A DNA stretch of 64,000 bases from Alphaproteobacteria bacterium. Its GTDB lineage: Bacteria; Pseudomonadota; Alphaproteobacteria; SHVP01. Shown piece after piece: positions 19,035-27,809 of the stretch. The DNA lies in NCBI GenBank assembly GCA_016869765.1, contig VGES01000018.1:1307-65306 (forward strand). The letters run 5' to 3'. A program made the translations under genes and the position numbers. Numbering within the stretch: the first letter of the stretch is position 1; every line of letters begins with the position of its first letter. Under the pieces are notes generated by a model, which did no database searches, was not told the DNA's origin, and saw nothing but the letters and a program-made list of their open reading frames with translations.

Positions 19035-20162
19035 TCAGGAGCCGCCGAACACGGCCAACAGGCGCTGGTCGAGGTCGCGCACGGCTTCGTCGATGGCCAG
19101 CCGGTCGCGCGCCGCCGCCAGCCAAGGCGCCAGCAGCTGGGCCGGGGGGCCCTGCAGAGCCGTCAGTTCCTCGACCGCCCCATTCAAATCGTCGTCCCGC
19201 AGGGCCGCCTCGGCTCGCGCGAGGACCGCCTCGGGGGTCGGACCAGGGACAACGCCGACGCGGCGCACGATGACGAGGCCACGCAACCGCTGCCAGGTTC
19301 GCGTCCACCAACCCGCGTCCTCGTCCACGTCGCCTGCGGCCACCGCCTGGTTCGCGAGATCGGCGAGCTGTGCCCGGAGCACGGCCGCGGTCGGTACCCC
19401 ACGGGCGGCGTGTGGTGCCAGTTCCCCGAGGGGCTCCGCCAGGGATGGGTTGCCCATCATAAGTACGCGCAAAGCGTTCATCTCGGCCTGATAGGGATTG
19501 CCGGAACGGACGGCCTCGCGCAGTCGTGCGACCAGGACGGCCAAGGCCCCGGTCGCCGCCCCCTGAGCCGATCGCGACTCGAGTTGGCGCAGCCGACCAC
19601 CGAGTTCGGCGAGTGATGCTTCATTGCGCCCCAAGGTCTGGACACGCGCTTCGATCGGTTCGATTCGCCGACGCAGCTCGGCGACCATCGGCTGCGCCGC
19701 CGCCTCGGAATCGGCGAGACGACGATCCAAGGTTTCCAACCGCCGCGTCACGTCCGCGAGCACGGCCGGGTCGAGCGTCGCTCGCTGTTGCGTCTTGAGT
19801 CGTTCTTCGATGTCGGCGATCTGGGCCGCCATCGCGCGAAGACCCTGTGAGATACCGCCATGCTCTGTCGCCATGACTTCGAGGTGATCGAGCCGTTGCC
19901 GGAGCGCCGCGAACTGGGGTCCGGCCACGACCATGGCCTGACGAAGGTTTTCGTTGTCCGTGGTCACGGCGGCCAGCCGTGTCTCGATTCGCGCCAGTTG
20001 ACCCACGAGGCCATCCAAGGCCTCGCGTTGGCGTTCGGCATAGATGACGCTGGCAACCTCGATCGCCACGCCCACGCCCAGGACCACACCGATCAGGGAC
20101 GCCACGGCGATCCAGCGCCATATCGGTCGGCGACGCGGCGGAGGCAAAGGCATCGTCGTCAT
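19035..20162 (-). CDS. HemX-like membrane-anchored coiled-coil protein (uroporphyrinogen-III methyltransferase-associated family)
   Basis: The ATG at 20160-20162 gives MTTMPLPP with one TM helix and a long coiled-coil. It lies between hemD and hemY, and its start overlaps the hemD stop by 4 bp. The 723-aa ORF in the track is an artefactual read-through. Confidence 0.65.
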   Translation of the reverse strand: MTTMPLPPPRRRPIWRWIAVASLIGVVLGVGVAIEVASVIYAERQREALDGLVGQLARIETRLAAVTTDNENLRQAMVVAGPQFAALRQRLDHLEVMATEHGGISQGLRAMAAQIADIEERLKTQQRATLDPAVLADVTRRLETLDRRLADSEAAAQPMVAELRRRIEPIEARVQTLGRNEASLAELGGRLRQLESRSAQGAATGALAVLVARLREAVRSGNPYQAEMNALRVLMMGNPSLAEPLGELAPHAARGVPTAAVLRAQLADLANQAVAAGDVDEDAGWWTRTWQRLRGLVIVRRVGVVPGPTPEAVLARAEAALRDDDLNGAVEELTALQGPPAQLLAPWLAAARDRLAIDEAVRDLDQRLLAVFGGS

Positions 20163-20887
20163 GACGAGCGCCGCCCACGGGCGGCCATTTCGATCGCCCC
20201 AAGAACACCCGTGCCGTCGGTTCGTTCCGCGATGACCATGTCGTGCCAGGGTAACGCGGCCGAGGCCGCTGCCACCGCCGGACTGATGCAAATGGCGTCG
20301 ACCGGGCGGAGCGCGGGCGCGAGCTTGAGGCTCTCGATCAGCCGCACGAACGTCTGGGCGGTTCTGACCGACATCAGGACAACCGCATCGATGGCCCCCG
20401 TTGCCAGGGCCCGGCGCGGCTCCTCGGGCAACTCGGTTGCGGCCACGGCGCGATAACCCACCTGCCGTTCGACGACAAACCCGGCACTTTCGAGGTCGCC
20501 TGCAAGGTCGCCCGCGACGTGGTCCCCCGTGATGTACAGCAACCGGCCACCGTCCGGGCGGAAGCGCTCGCGCACGACCGTGGCCATCCGGGCGACATTG
20601 CCATCGCTCATCATCACATTCGTGAACCCGAGATCGCGCGCCACGGCCGCGGTGCGCGGGCCGACACAGCAGAGTGCCATGGTCCGGGTGGTCGTCGATT
20701 GTGCCAGGGCGCGAACGCCGTTGCCGCTGGTTGCGAGAACCGCCTGCACCCCGTCGAGGTTCAGGGACGAACCACCGGCGATCTCGATGCGCAACATGGG
20801 CGCGGTCAACGAAACATGGCCGGCACGACGGAGCTGCGCGTCCATTTCCGCTGTTTCCCCGGCCGGGCGGGTGAGGAGCAACCGCAT
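20159..20887 (-). CDS. hemD: uroporphyrinogen-III synthase
   Basis: It has the HEM4 fold pattern (MRLLLTRP...VLATSGNGVRAL...AICISPAVA) and sits between hemC and the hemX-like gene. Confidence 0.7.
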   Translation of the reverse strand: MRLLLTRPAGETAEMDAQLRRAGHVSLTAPMLRIEIAGGSSLNLDGVQAVLATSGNGVRALAQSTTTRTMALCCVGPRTAAVARDLGFTNVMMSDGNVARMATVVRERFRPDGGRLLYITGDHVAGDLAGDLESAGFVVERQVGYRAVAATELPEEPRRALATGAIDAVVLMSVRTAQTFVRLIESLKLAPALRPVDAICISPAVAAASAALPWHDMVIAERTDGTGVLGAIEMAARGRRSS

Positions 20888-20896
20888 CGCGCGACT

Positions 20897-21886
20897 TTAC
20901 GCGTTTTTGAAGAAATCCGGGCCACCCTTTCGCCGCAGCTCCCCGCCGAGGTCTGAACCGAGCGCCACCCCATCGCCGATCCCCCCGCGTCGGTCGCCAG
21001 CGAACAGGCGTGCACCATCCGGCGAAACGATCGCCCCGCGCAACCAAAGTTGATCGCCGACGATCTCGGCCAATCCGGCAATCGGCGTACGGCAGGAGCC
21101 GTCGAGGACCGTCAGGAGGGCCCGTTCGGCTGCGACGCACGTGACGGTGGCCGGATCGCTCAGCGGTTGGAGCAACCGACGGACGGCCGCGTCGTCCTCC
21201 CGACATTCGATCCCGATCGCCCCCTGCGCGACCGCCGGTAGCATTTCGTCGGCGGACAACACCGTCATCGTCCTCGGTGTGATGGCGAGTCGACGCAACC
21301 CAGCGAGTGCAAGCACGGTCGCATCGACCGTTCCCTCTTCGAGCTTGCGCAATCGCGTCTCGACGTTGCCGCGGAACTCGACGACCTGAAGGTCGGGACG
21401 ACGGTGGAGCAGCATCGCGCGGCGGCGCAGCGACGACGTGCCGACCCTAGCGCCGGCCGGCAATCCATCGAGCCCACCGGGGCCACGCGACAGGAACACG
21501 TCGCGCGGATCCTCGCGTGGCAACAAACAATCGATGGTCAGGCCCGGGGGCAACCGGGTCGGCACATCCTTCATCGAATGCACCGCAAGATCGATCGTCC
21601 GTTCGATCAGCGCCTCCTCGATCTCCTTGGTGAAAAGGCCCTTGCCGCCGGCCTCGGCCAGTGGACGGTCTTGGATGCGATCGCCGGTCGTTTTGATGAC
21701 CGTGATCGCGACCGAAAGCCCGGCGTGGGCCGCGCCGAGCCGATCGCGAACCTGATTCGCCTGGGCGAGCGCCAACGGCGAGCCACGCGTACCGATGCGC
21801 AACGTCCTGGTTCCTTGCTGGTTCACGGCGGCAATGCTAGAGCGAAGTCGACGCGCGGGCGACCCCTGGTGCGTCGTCACGATCAT
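20897..21886 (-). CDS. hemC: porphobilinogen deaminase (hydroxymethylbilane synthase)
   Basis: It has LRIGTRGSPLALAQA, the dipyrromethane cofactor Cys region and GGKGLFTKEIE. The start is ambiguous: the ATG at 21884-21886 (with a GAGGA SD) shares a CATG with the tsaD start, and an alternative GTG at 21824-21826 would give MNQQGTRTLRIGTRG. Confidence 0.85.
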   Translation of the reverse strand: MIVTTHQGSPARRLRSSIAAVNQQGTRTLRIGTRGSPLALAQANQVRDRLGAAHAGLSVAITVIKTTGDRIQDRPLAEAGGKGLFTKEIEEALIERTIDLAVHSMKDVPTRLPPGLTIDCLLPREDPRDVFLSRGPGGLDGLPAGARVGTSSLRRRAMLLHRRPDLQVVEFRGNVETRLRKLEEGTVDATVLALAGLRRLAITPRTMTVLSADEMLPAVAQGAIGIECREDDAAVRRLLQPLSDPATVTCVAAERALLTVLDGSCRTPIAGLAEIVGDQLWLRGAIVSPDGARLFAGDRRGGIGDGVALGSDLGGELRRKGGPDFFKNA

Positions 21887-22916
21887 GATCGTCCTCGGCC
21901 TCGAGACAAGTTGTGATGAAACGGCGGCGGCCATCGTCGACTCCGATCGGCGGATCCGCGCCGACGTCGTCCATTTGCAGTTGGCCGATCACCAGCCCTA
22001 CGGTGGGGTCGTGCCCGAGATCGCCGCGCGGGCCCACGTCGAAGTCCTCGATTCGCTGATCGCCCGGGCCATGACCGAAGCCGCGCTGCCCTGGTCGGCC
22101 ATCGACGGCGTCGCCGCGACGGCCGGGCCAGGCCTGATCGCGGGCCTCATGGTCGGCCTCGTGACCGGCAAGGCCCTCGCCGCCACCCTTGATCGGCCTT
22201 TGGTTGCGATCAACCATCTGGAGGGGCATGCGTTGTCGGCGCGCCTCGTCGCCGACGCGCCGTTCCCCTATCTCCTACTGCTGATCTCCGGCGGCCATTG
22301 CCAACTCCTGATCGTCGAAGGGGTCGGCCGCTATCGTCGGCTCGGCACGACGATCGACGATGCGGTTGGCGAGGCCTTCGACAAGGTCGCCAAATTGATC
22401 GGCCTCGGCTACCCCGGAGGCCCGGCGATCGAACGCGCGGCGCAGACGGGTCGCGCCGCGCGCTTCAAGCTGCCGCGGCCAATGAAGGGGCGGCCCGGAT
22501 GCGACTTCTCGTTCTCGGGTCTCAAGACGGCCGTGCGGCACTTGGTCCACGACCTGGCGCCGAGCGGCACGACCGTGTCGGCGGTCGATGCCTCGGATGT
22601 CGCCGCGGCTTTCCAAGCTGTGGTCGCCGATGTCCTCGAAGACCGCACCGCCAACGCGATCGAACAATTTCTCGTCGAACAACCGCCGTCCCCGACCCTC
22701 GTGGTCGCCGGCGGCGTCGCGGCCAATGCGACATTGCGCGCCAGACTGGAGTCGCTTGCCAACCGTCACGGCCTTAGGATGATCGTGCCGCCGCCCCGCC
22801 TCTGCACCGACAACGCCGCGATGATCGCCTGGGCGGGGGTCGAGCGGTTGACGCTCGGGCAACGCGATCCGTTGACCGCACCGGCCCGGGCCCGCTGGCC
22901 GCTCGCCGGGGAATGA
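21885..22916 (+). CDS. tsaD: tRNA N6-adenosine threonylcarbamoyltransferase
   Basis: It has the canonical N-terminus MIVLGLETSCDETAAAIV and the metal-binding HxxGH region (INHLEGHAL). Confidence 0.9.
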   Translation: MIVLGLETSCDETAAAIVDSDRRIRADVVHLQLADHQPYGGVVPEIAARAHVEVLDSLIARAMTEAALPWSAIDGVAATAGPGLIAGLMVGLVTGKALAATLDRPLVAINHLEGHALSARLVADAPFPYLLLLISGGHCQLLIVEGVGRYRRLGTTIDDAVGEAFDKVAKLIGLGYPGGPAIERAAQTGRAARFKLPRPMKGRPGCDFSFSGLKTAVRHLVHDLAPSGTTVSAVDASDVAAAFQAVVADVLEDRTANAIEQFLVEQPPSPTLVVAGGVAANATLRARLESLANRHGLRMIVPPPRLCTDNAAMIAWAGVERLTLGQRDPLTAPARARWPLAGE

Positions 22917-23599
22917 GCCCGATCCACAAGGAGAAGCCTATGGCTGCCGCCCCCAAGAATGCCCCCGAGCGGGTCGAGGTTCGGCCCGCGTTCCCAACAC
23001 CGGTGATCATGGCGCAGCTCCCCAACGCGGAACGAACGAATGCCGCCCTGAAAAAGGCGATCTTGGCGCGCGAGAAGAAAGTGCCGAAGCGGGACACCTA
23101 CGACAGCAACATCGGCGGCTGGCACTCGGAACGCGATTTTCCCGCATGGGGGGGCAAAGAGGGCAAACAGATCATCGAGACGGCCAAGACCATCGCCGAG
23201 CAGATGACGGTGGCGCGTAGCGGTCGCCCGGTCGACATCAAATGGGCGGTCAACGCCTGGGCCAACATCAATCGCCGCGGACACAGCAACGAGTTCCATG
23301 TCCATCCCGGCGCCTATTGGTCGGGCGTCTACTACGTCGACGATGCCGGCTGCGCCCAGGACCGCAACCTCGGAGGCGAGTTTGTGATCATGGATCCGCG
23401 CGGTCCCGGCCCGTCGATGTACGCACCCCTGTTGTGCTTTCGCGGTCCAGGCGGTTCGTCGGTCGGCGCCACCGAACTGTTGCCGCCACGCGCCGGCGTC
23501 ATGATCATGTTTCCCTCGTGGTTGTCCCACGGCGTCCGGCCCTACAACGGGGACGGCACGCGAATCTCGGTCGCGTTCAATCTGAGCGTCGCCGAGTAG
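22913..23599 (+). CDS. 2OG-Fe(II)-oxygenase-superfamily-like conserved hypothetical protein (TIGR02466-like)
   Basis: It has a HxD...H pattern (FHVHPGAYWSGVYYVDD ... FPSWLSHGV) in a double-stranded beta-helix-like context. Its ATGA overlaps the tsaD stop, with an alternative start at M10 (22940). Confidence 0.5.
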   Translation: MSPIHKEKPMAAAPKNAPERVEVRPAFPTPVIMAQLPNAERTNAALKKAILAREKKVPKRDTYDSNIGGWHSERDFPAWGGKEGKQIIETAKTIAEQMTVARSGRPVDIKWAVNAWANINRRGHSNEFHVHPGAYWSGVYYVDDAGCAQDRNLGGEFVIMDPRGPGPSMYAPLLCFRGPGGSSVGATELLPPRAGVMIMFPSWLSHGVRPYNGDGTRISVAFNLSVAE

Positions 23600-23616
23600 T
23601 CGCCGGCGGCCCGGGC

Positions 23617-24615
23617 ATGAAGATCGCTTCGGTCGGGATCGTCGGCGCGGGCGCCTGGGGAACGGCGCTCGCCAACGTGGCGCGTTCGAATGGCCACGAC
23701 ACGGTGTTGTGGGCGTTCGAGTCCGAGGTCGTCGAGTCGGTAAATCGCGGCCACCGGAACCACCTGTTCCTGCCCGACGTGGTGCTGGCCCCGGGGATAA
23801 GAGCGACTAGCGACCTAGCACTGGCCGCACGCTGTGATCTCGTGTTGCTGGCGACGCCGGCGCAGCATCTGCGGACGATCGCCGGACGGCTGGCGAGCAC
23901 CCTGGCCGCGCAAACCCCGGTCGTGATCTGCGCCAAGGGGATCGAGCAGCACAGCCACGCACTGATGAGCGACGTCGCGAGCGCGGCCTTGCCAGGGGCG
24001 CGTCTTGCCGTCCTGTCGGGACCGACGTTCGCGCGCGAGGTCGCCCGCGGCCTCCCCACCGCCGTCACCCTGGCTTGCCGCGATCACGCGCTAGGCGGCG
24101 CGATCGTCGAGGCCCTGGGCAGCCGCACGTTTCGCCCGTATTTGAGCGACGACGTCGTCGGCGCGCAGATCGGCGGCGCCGTCAAGAACGTGCTCGCAAT
24201 CGCCGCGGGGATCGTCGATGGCCGCGGCCTCGGCGAGAATGCCCGCGCCGCACTGATCGCCCGCGGTTTGGCCGAGATGCTTCGCCTGGGCCTCGCGCTC
24301 GGCGCCAAACGCGACACGCTCATGGGCCTCTCGGGATTGGGTGATCTGGTGCTGACCTGCGGTTCGCCGCAGTCGCGCAACAACGCCCTCGGCCGGGCGC
24401 TCGCGACGGGCGAAACGCTCGCCACCCACACTGCACGCCATCGCTCCGTCGCCGAAGGCGCGTTTTCCGCCGAGGCCGCCTGCGCCATCGCCGCGAAGGT
24501 CCGGGTGGAGATGCCGATCTGCCGCGCGGTCGACGGCATTCTGCGCGGCCAACTTGCCGTCGATCAGGCGATCATGGCGCTGCTGAGCCGTCCGTTCCGC
24601 ATCGAGAGCGAGTAG
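23617..24615 (+). CDS. gpsA: NAD(P)H-dependent glycerol-3-phosphate dehydrogenase
   Basis: The ATG at 23617 gives MKIASVGIVGAGAWGTALA with a Rossmann fold and the GpsA motifs (VICAKGIE, GAQIGGAVKNVLAIAAGI). The 457-aa ORF in the track over-extends upstream. Confidence 0.9.
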   Translation: MKIASVGIVGAGAWGTALANVARSNGHDTVLWAFESEVVESVNRGHRNHLFLPDVVLAPGIRATSDLALAARCDLVLLATPAQHLRTIAGRLASTLAAQTPVVICAKGIEQHSHALMSDVASAALPGARLAVLSGPTFAREVARGLPTAVTLACRDHALGGAIVEALGSRTFRPYLSDDVVGAQIGGAVKNVLAIAAGIVDGRGLGENARAALIARGLAEMLRLGLALGAKRDTLMGLSGLGDLVLTCGSPQSRNNALGRALATGETLATHTARHRSVAEGAFSAEAACAIAAKVRVEMPICRAVDGILRGQLAVDQAIMALLSRPFRIESE

Positions 24616-24629
24616 TCAGGGAGAGAACC

Positions 24630-26324
24630 GTGCCCACCATCCGCAAAGGCTTTGTCACCGTGGGCAGCCGGCAGGTGCACTACCGCACCGCAGGATCCGG
24701 GCCGCCCGTCCTGGTGTTGCACGACTCGCCCCGCTCTTCGGTGCTGCACATCCCCCTGCTCGAAGCGTTCAGCGATCGTTTCACGGCGATTGCCATCGAC
24801 ACGCCGGGCTACGGCAATTCCGATCCGTTGCCGGCGGAACCGCGGCCGGAGATTCCCGATTTCGGCGACGCGCTGGCCGACACGATCGAAGCCTTCGGCG
24901 TCGCCCGCTGTCCGGTCTATTCGTTTCACACCAGTTCCAAGATCACGCTCGATTTCGCCAGCAAGCATCCCCATCGTGTCGCGGTCGCGATCATGGACGG
25001 TCTGTCGATCCCGACCGGTGGACCCGACGAGGTCTACATCGCCAACTACATGGCGCCCTTCGTCGTCTACGACCACGGCGGCCACTTGGCCGAACAGTGG
25101 AGCAAGGTGCTCGATTTCCACCGCTGGTTTCCGTGGTACGCCAAGACAGCCAAGACCCGCAGCCAGGCCGACCGTCGCGACATGGACTTCACGCACGGCT
25201 ACGCCATGGACCTGTTCATGGCCGGCGCCAACTGGACGTCCGCCTATTCGGCGGCGATGCGTTACAACCCGTTGCCGCCGATCCCCCGCCTGAAAGCCCG
25301 TACCATTTTCACCGCGCGTTCGAGCGACGTGTTGTTCCAGTTCCTCGACAAAATCCCGCAACCCCTACCGGCGGGCGCGACCATCGAAAAATTGGGACCC
25401 GAGCGCGAGCCTTGGGAGGCTTGGATCCGCGCCAAGTTCGAGGAGTTCGCCGACTTCAAGGGTGCGGCCGCCTTCACACCACCCGACCCCCTGAAGGGCG
25501 CCGATCCCCGCCGCCTGATCGCGGGCTACGTCGCCGCCGGCGCCGGACAGATTCTGGTGCGCCGCACCGGCGCGGGCGGCAAACGCCCGATCGTGTTTCT
25601 GCACGACGTTCCGGGCGGCACCCGGGTCGCCGCGGGCCTGTTGCACGCGCTCGCCCTCGACCGCCCGGTCTATGCGCTGGAATTGCCGGGCTGTGGCGAA
25701 TCCTCCGCGCTGCCCGAACCGAGTGCGGCCGCCTACGTCGCGACGATCGCCGCCGCGATGCGCAACCTCGGCCTGAAAGATTGCGGCCTCGTGGCGGAAT
25801 ACCTTGCGACGCCACTTGCCGTGCAGCTCGCGCAGGAGAATCCCGATCTCGTGCACACGCTCGCGCTCGACGGCGCGATGTTGGCCGATGCGGCGACCCG
25901 CGGGCGGCTGGCCCTGGCCTATTGTCCCGACCTCACGCCGCGACGCGACGGCGGCCACTTGCACACCTGCTGGCATATGCTGCGGGATCGCGAGATTCAC
26001 TGGCCGTGGTACGACGGGGCGCGCGCGGCCGCGCGCGTCATCGAACCCGAGATCGGTGGGCAGCGGCTGCAAACCATGCTGGTCGACATCTTGAAGCAAC
26101 CGGCGCACGCCGGCGATGCCGTACAGGCCGCGTTGAGTGTCGACGGCGCCCGACGGCTTGCCGGACTTCGCCAGCCGATCCTCACGACGAGCGTCGAGCG
26201 TGACCCGCGCCATCAGTGGGCGAGTTTGGCCCGCGAGACGGCGCCGCGCACGACCGTCGTCGCGCGTGCCCGTGACAACGCCGAACGGGCCATGAGCTTC
26301 CTCCGGTTCTTCGACGGGAATTAG
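24630..26324 (+). CDS. internally duplicated epoxide-hydrolase-like alpha/beta-fold protein (paralog A of three)
   Basis: Two tandem alpha/beta-hydrolase halves each begin with an EH-like N-terminus (RQVHYRTAGSGPPVLVLHDSP.. and GQILVRRTGAGGKRPIVFLHDVPGG). The HGxP position reads HDSP, and the nucleophile elbow reads SFHTSS rather than GxDxG or GxSxG. It is paralogous to the genes at 52853-54559 and 54750-56441. Confidence 0.6.
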   Translation: MPTIRKGFVTVGSRQVHYRTAGSGPPVLVLHDSPRSSVLHIPLLEAFSDRFTAIAIDTPGYGNSDPLPAEPRPEIPDFGDALADTIEAFGVARCPVYSFHTSSKITLDFASKHPHRVAVAIMDGLSIPTGGPDEVYIANYMAPFVVYDHGGHLAEQWSKVLDFHRWFPWYAKTAKTRSQADRRDMDFTHGYAMDLFMAGANWTSAYSAAMRYNPLPPIPRLKARTIFTARSSDVLFQFLDKIPQPLPAGATIEKLGPEREPWEAWIRAKFEEFADFKGAAAFTPPDPLKGADPRRLIAGYVAAGAGQILVRRTGAGGKRPIVFLHDVPGGTRVAAGLLHALALDRPVYALELPGCGESSALPEPSAAAYVATIAAAMRNLGLKDCGLVAEYLATPLAVQLAQENPDLVHTLALDGAMLADAATRGRLALAYCPDLTPRRDGGHLHTCWHMLRDREIHWPWYDGARAAARVIEPEIGGQRLQTMLVDILKQPAHAGDAVQAALSVDGARRLAGLRQPILTTSVERDPRHQWASLARETAPRTTVVARARDNAERAMSFLRFFDGN

Positions 26325-26335
26325 CCTTCACTCGG

Positions 26336-26440
26336 CACGCTTCGCGCCCCTCACCCTACCCTCTCCCCGCGACGCGGGGAGAGGGCGGCGCGCGCAGCGC
26401 GCGGGTGAGGGGGATGTCGCAGCGAGGGTGAGAGGCGGAA
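26336..26440. repeat. REP-like GC-rich intergenic repeat element (copy A) with perfect 13-bp-stem hairpin
   Basis: The element reads CGCTTCGCGCC..CTCACCCTA then the hairpin CCCTCTCCCCGCG-A-CGCGGGGAGAGGG (26359-26385), followed by GCGCGGGTGAGGGGG...GCGAGGGTGAGAGG. It shares motifs with the elements at 27652-27809 and 31676-31924. Confidence 0.7.
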
Positions 26441-26491
26441 AGCTTTGCCCCCAATCCCGACATCGCTAGAGTCGCTCGCGGGAGGACGTCC

Positions 26492-26797
26492 ATGGCTCAA
26501 TACGCGATCTATTGCACCGATTCGGCCGACGGCTCGGCGCTGCGCCAACGCCACATGCCAGCGCACCTGGAACACATCGGCCGGGTCAAGTCGCAACTGT
26601 TGATGGCCGGACCGTGTCCGGCGACCGAGGGCCAGACCCGCGAGGCGAGTCTTCTGGTCGTCGAAGCGGACAGCGCTGCTGCGGCGCGCCGGCTGCTGGA
26701 ATCCGACCCGTTCTACAAGGCGGGTGTCTGGGAAACGATCGTCGTCCGTCCGTTCCGGGCGGTGGTCGGCGCCTGGGTCCCCGATCCGGTGCGGTGA
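26492..26797 (+). CDS. YciI-like (YCII-related) small protein
   Basis: This is a 101-aa protein reading MAQYAIYCTDS...HMPAHLEHI...GPC...ASLLVVEADSAAAARRLLESDPF, which is the typical YciI pattern. Confidence 0.7.
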   Translation: MAQYAIYCTDSADGSALRQRHMPAHLEHIGRVKSQLLMAGPCPATEGQTREASLLVVEADSAAAARRLLESDPFYKAGVWETIVVRPFRAVVGAWVPDPVR

Positions 26798-26801
26798 GCC
26801 C

Positions 26802-27215
26802 ATGAACTACTGGCTGCTCAAGACCGAGCCCGACACCTACTCCTGGGACGATCAGGTCAAGAAGGGCACCGAGCCGTGGAGCGGTGTGCGCAACTTTCGC
26901 GCCCGCAGCAACCTTCAAGCGATGAAGAAGGGCGACAAGGCGTTCTTCTATCACACCGGCGACGAGAAGCAGATCGTCGGCATCGTCAGCGTGACGCGCG
27001 AGGCCTACCCCGATCCGAGCGACAAGGACGGCACGTTCGTGATGGTCGACGTCAAAGCCGTGCAACCGCTGAAGACTCCGGTCACGCTCAAGCAGGTCAA
27101 GGAGACCAAGGAGCTCGCCGACATGGAGCTCGTCCGCGTGTCGCGACTCTCGGTTCAGAACGTGACGCCCGAGGCGTGGAAACGCATTTGCAAAATGGGC
27201 GGCGTGAAGGCGTAG
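26802..27215 (+). CDS. EVE (PUA-like) domain protein
   Basis: The ATG at 26802 gives MNYWLLKTEPDTYSWDDQV...AFFYHTG...IVGIVSV, matching EVE/DUF55. The ORF in the track starts earlier in the same frame but overlaps the yciI stop. Confidence 0.7.
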   Translation: MNYWLLKTEPDTYSWDDQVKKGTEPWSGVRNFRARSNLQAMKKGDKAFFYHTGDEKQIVGIVSVTREAYPDPSDKDGTFVMVDVKAVQPLKTPVTLKQVKETKELADMELVRVSRLSVQNVTPEAWKRICKMGGVKA

Positions 27216-27249
27216 TGTTGGTGAGGGGCGACACGCCGGGTGAGGGCGC

Positions 27250-27651
27250 ATGACCGCCTGGACCGATTGGGACGGGGCCCCGGCCGAAGGCACCGTGCTT
27301 TGCCCAGCCGCCGAGATCGCGCCCGGAATGGCCAAGGTGTTCGGCTTCGGGTCGGGTCACACCCGCTTCGAGATGTTCGTGATGCGACCACCCCTCGACG
27401 TGACGGCCCCGGCCGGTTTCTCCGGGGCCGACGGCCTCGTCGCCTTCGTCAATGATTGCCCGCACGCCCACGCGCCGCTCGACTGGACGCCCGGGCAGTT
27501 CCTCGACGCGGAGGGCAAACATCTCCTGTGCACGATGCACGGTGCGCTGTTTCGCATTCACGACGGCCTGTGCGTCGATGGCCCGTGCCCCGGCTTGTCG
27601 CTCACGCCCGTGCCGATCCAAGTGGTCGGGGGCGTCGTGCGAATCGCTTAG
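27250..27651 (+). CDS. Rieske [2Fe-2S] domain protein
   Basis: It has the Rieske ligands CPH (NDCPHAHAPL) and CxxH (LLCTMHGALF). Confidence 0.75.
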   Translation: MTAWTDWDGAPAEGTVLCPAAEIAPGMAKVFGFGSGHTRFEMFVMRPPLDVTAPAGFSGADGLVAFVNDCPHAHAPLDWTPGQFLDAEGKHLLCTMHGALFRIHDGLCVDGPCPGLSLTPVPIQVVGGVVRIA

Positions 27652-27809
27652 TCCTCACCCGGCGCTTCGCGCCACCCTCTCCCGCAACTGTCGCCGCTTG
27701 CGGCGACAAGCGCCGCGAGATGCGGGAGCGCGACGAGCGCCACAGGCGCGAGGGTGAGGGGGCGACACGCAGGGCGAGGAGGAGGATGACGCGATGCACC
27801 AGGTGAGGG
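27652..27809. repeat. REP-like GC-rich intergenic repeat element (copy B)
   Basis: The element reads CCTCACCCGGCGCTTCGCGCCACCCTCTCCCGC, then the hairpin GTCGCCGCTTGCGGCGAC, then GCGAGGGTGAGGGGGCGACACGCAGGGCGAGG. It shares the GGCGCTTCGCGCC and GGGTGAGGGGG blocks with copies A and C, and it fills the whole Rieske–NTase intergenic space. Confidence 0.7.

Noticed and set aside
19035-21206. 723-aa ORF suggesting a giant HemX protein, and similar upstream over-extensions (427-aa ORF at 8168-9451, 693-aa at 45653-47734, 565-aa at 43094-44791, 457-aa at 23242-24615)
   Set aside because: In each case only the C-terminal part has family features, and an internal ATG or GTG with an RBS or 4-bp coupling to the upstream stop gives a normal-sized protein. 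The N-terminal extensions overlap neighbouring genes.
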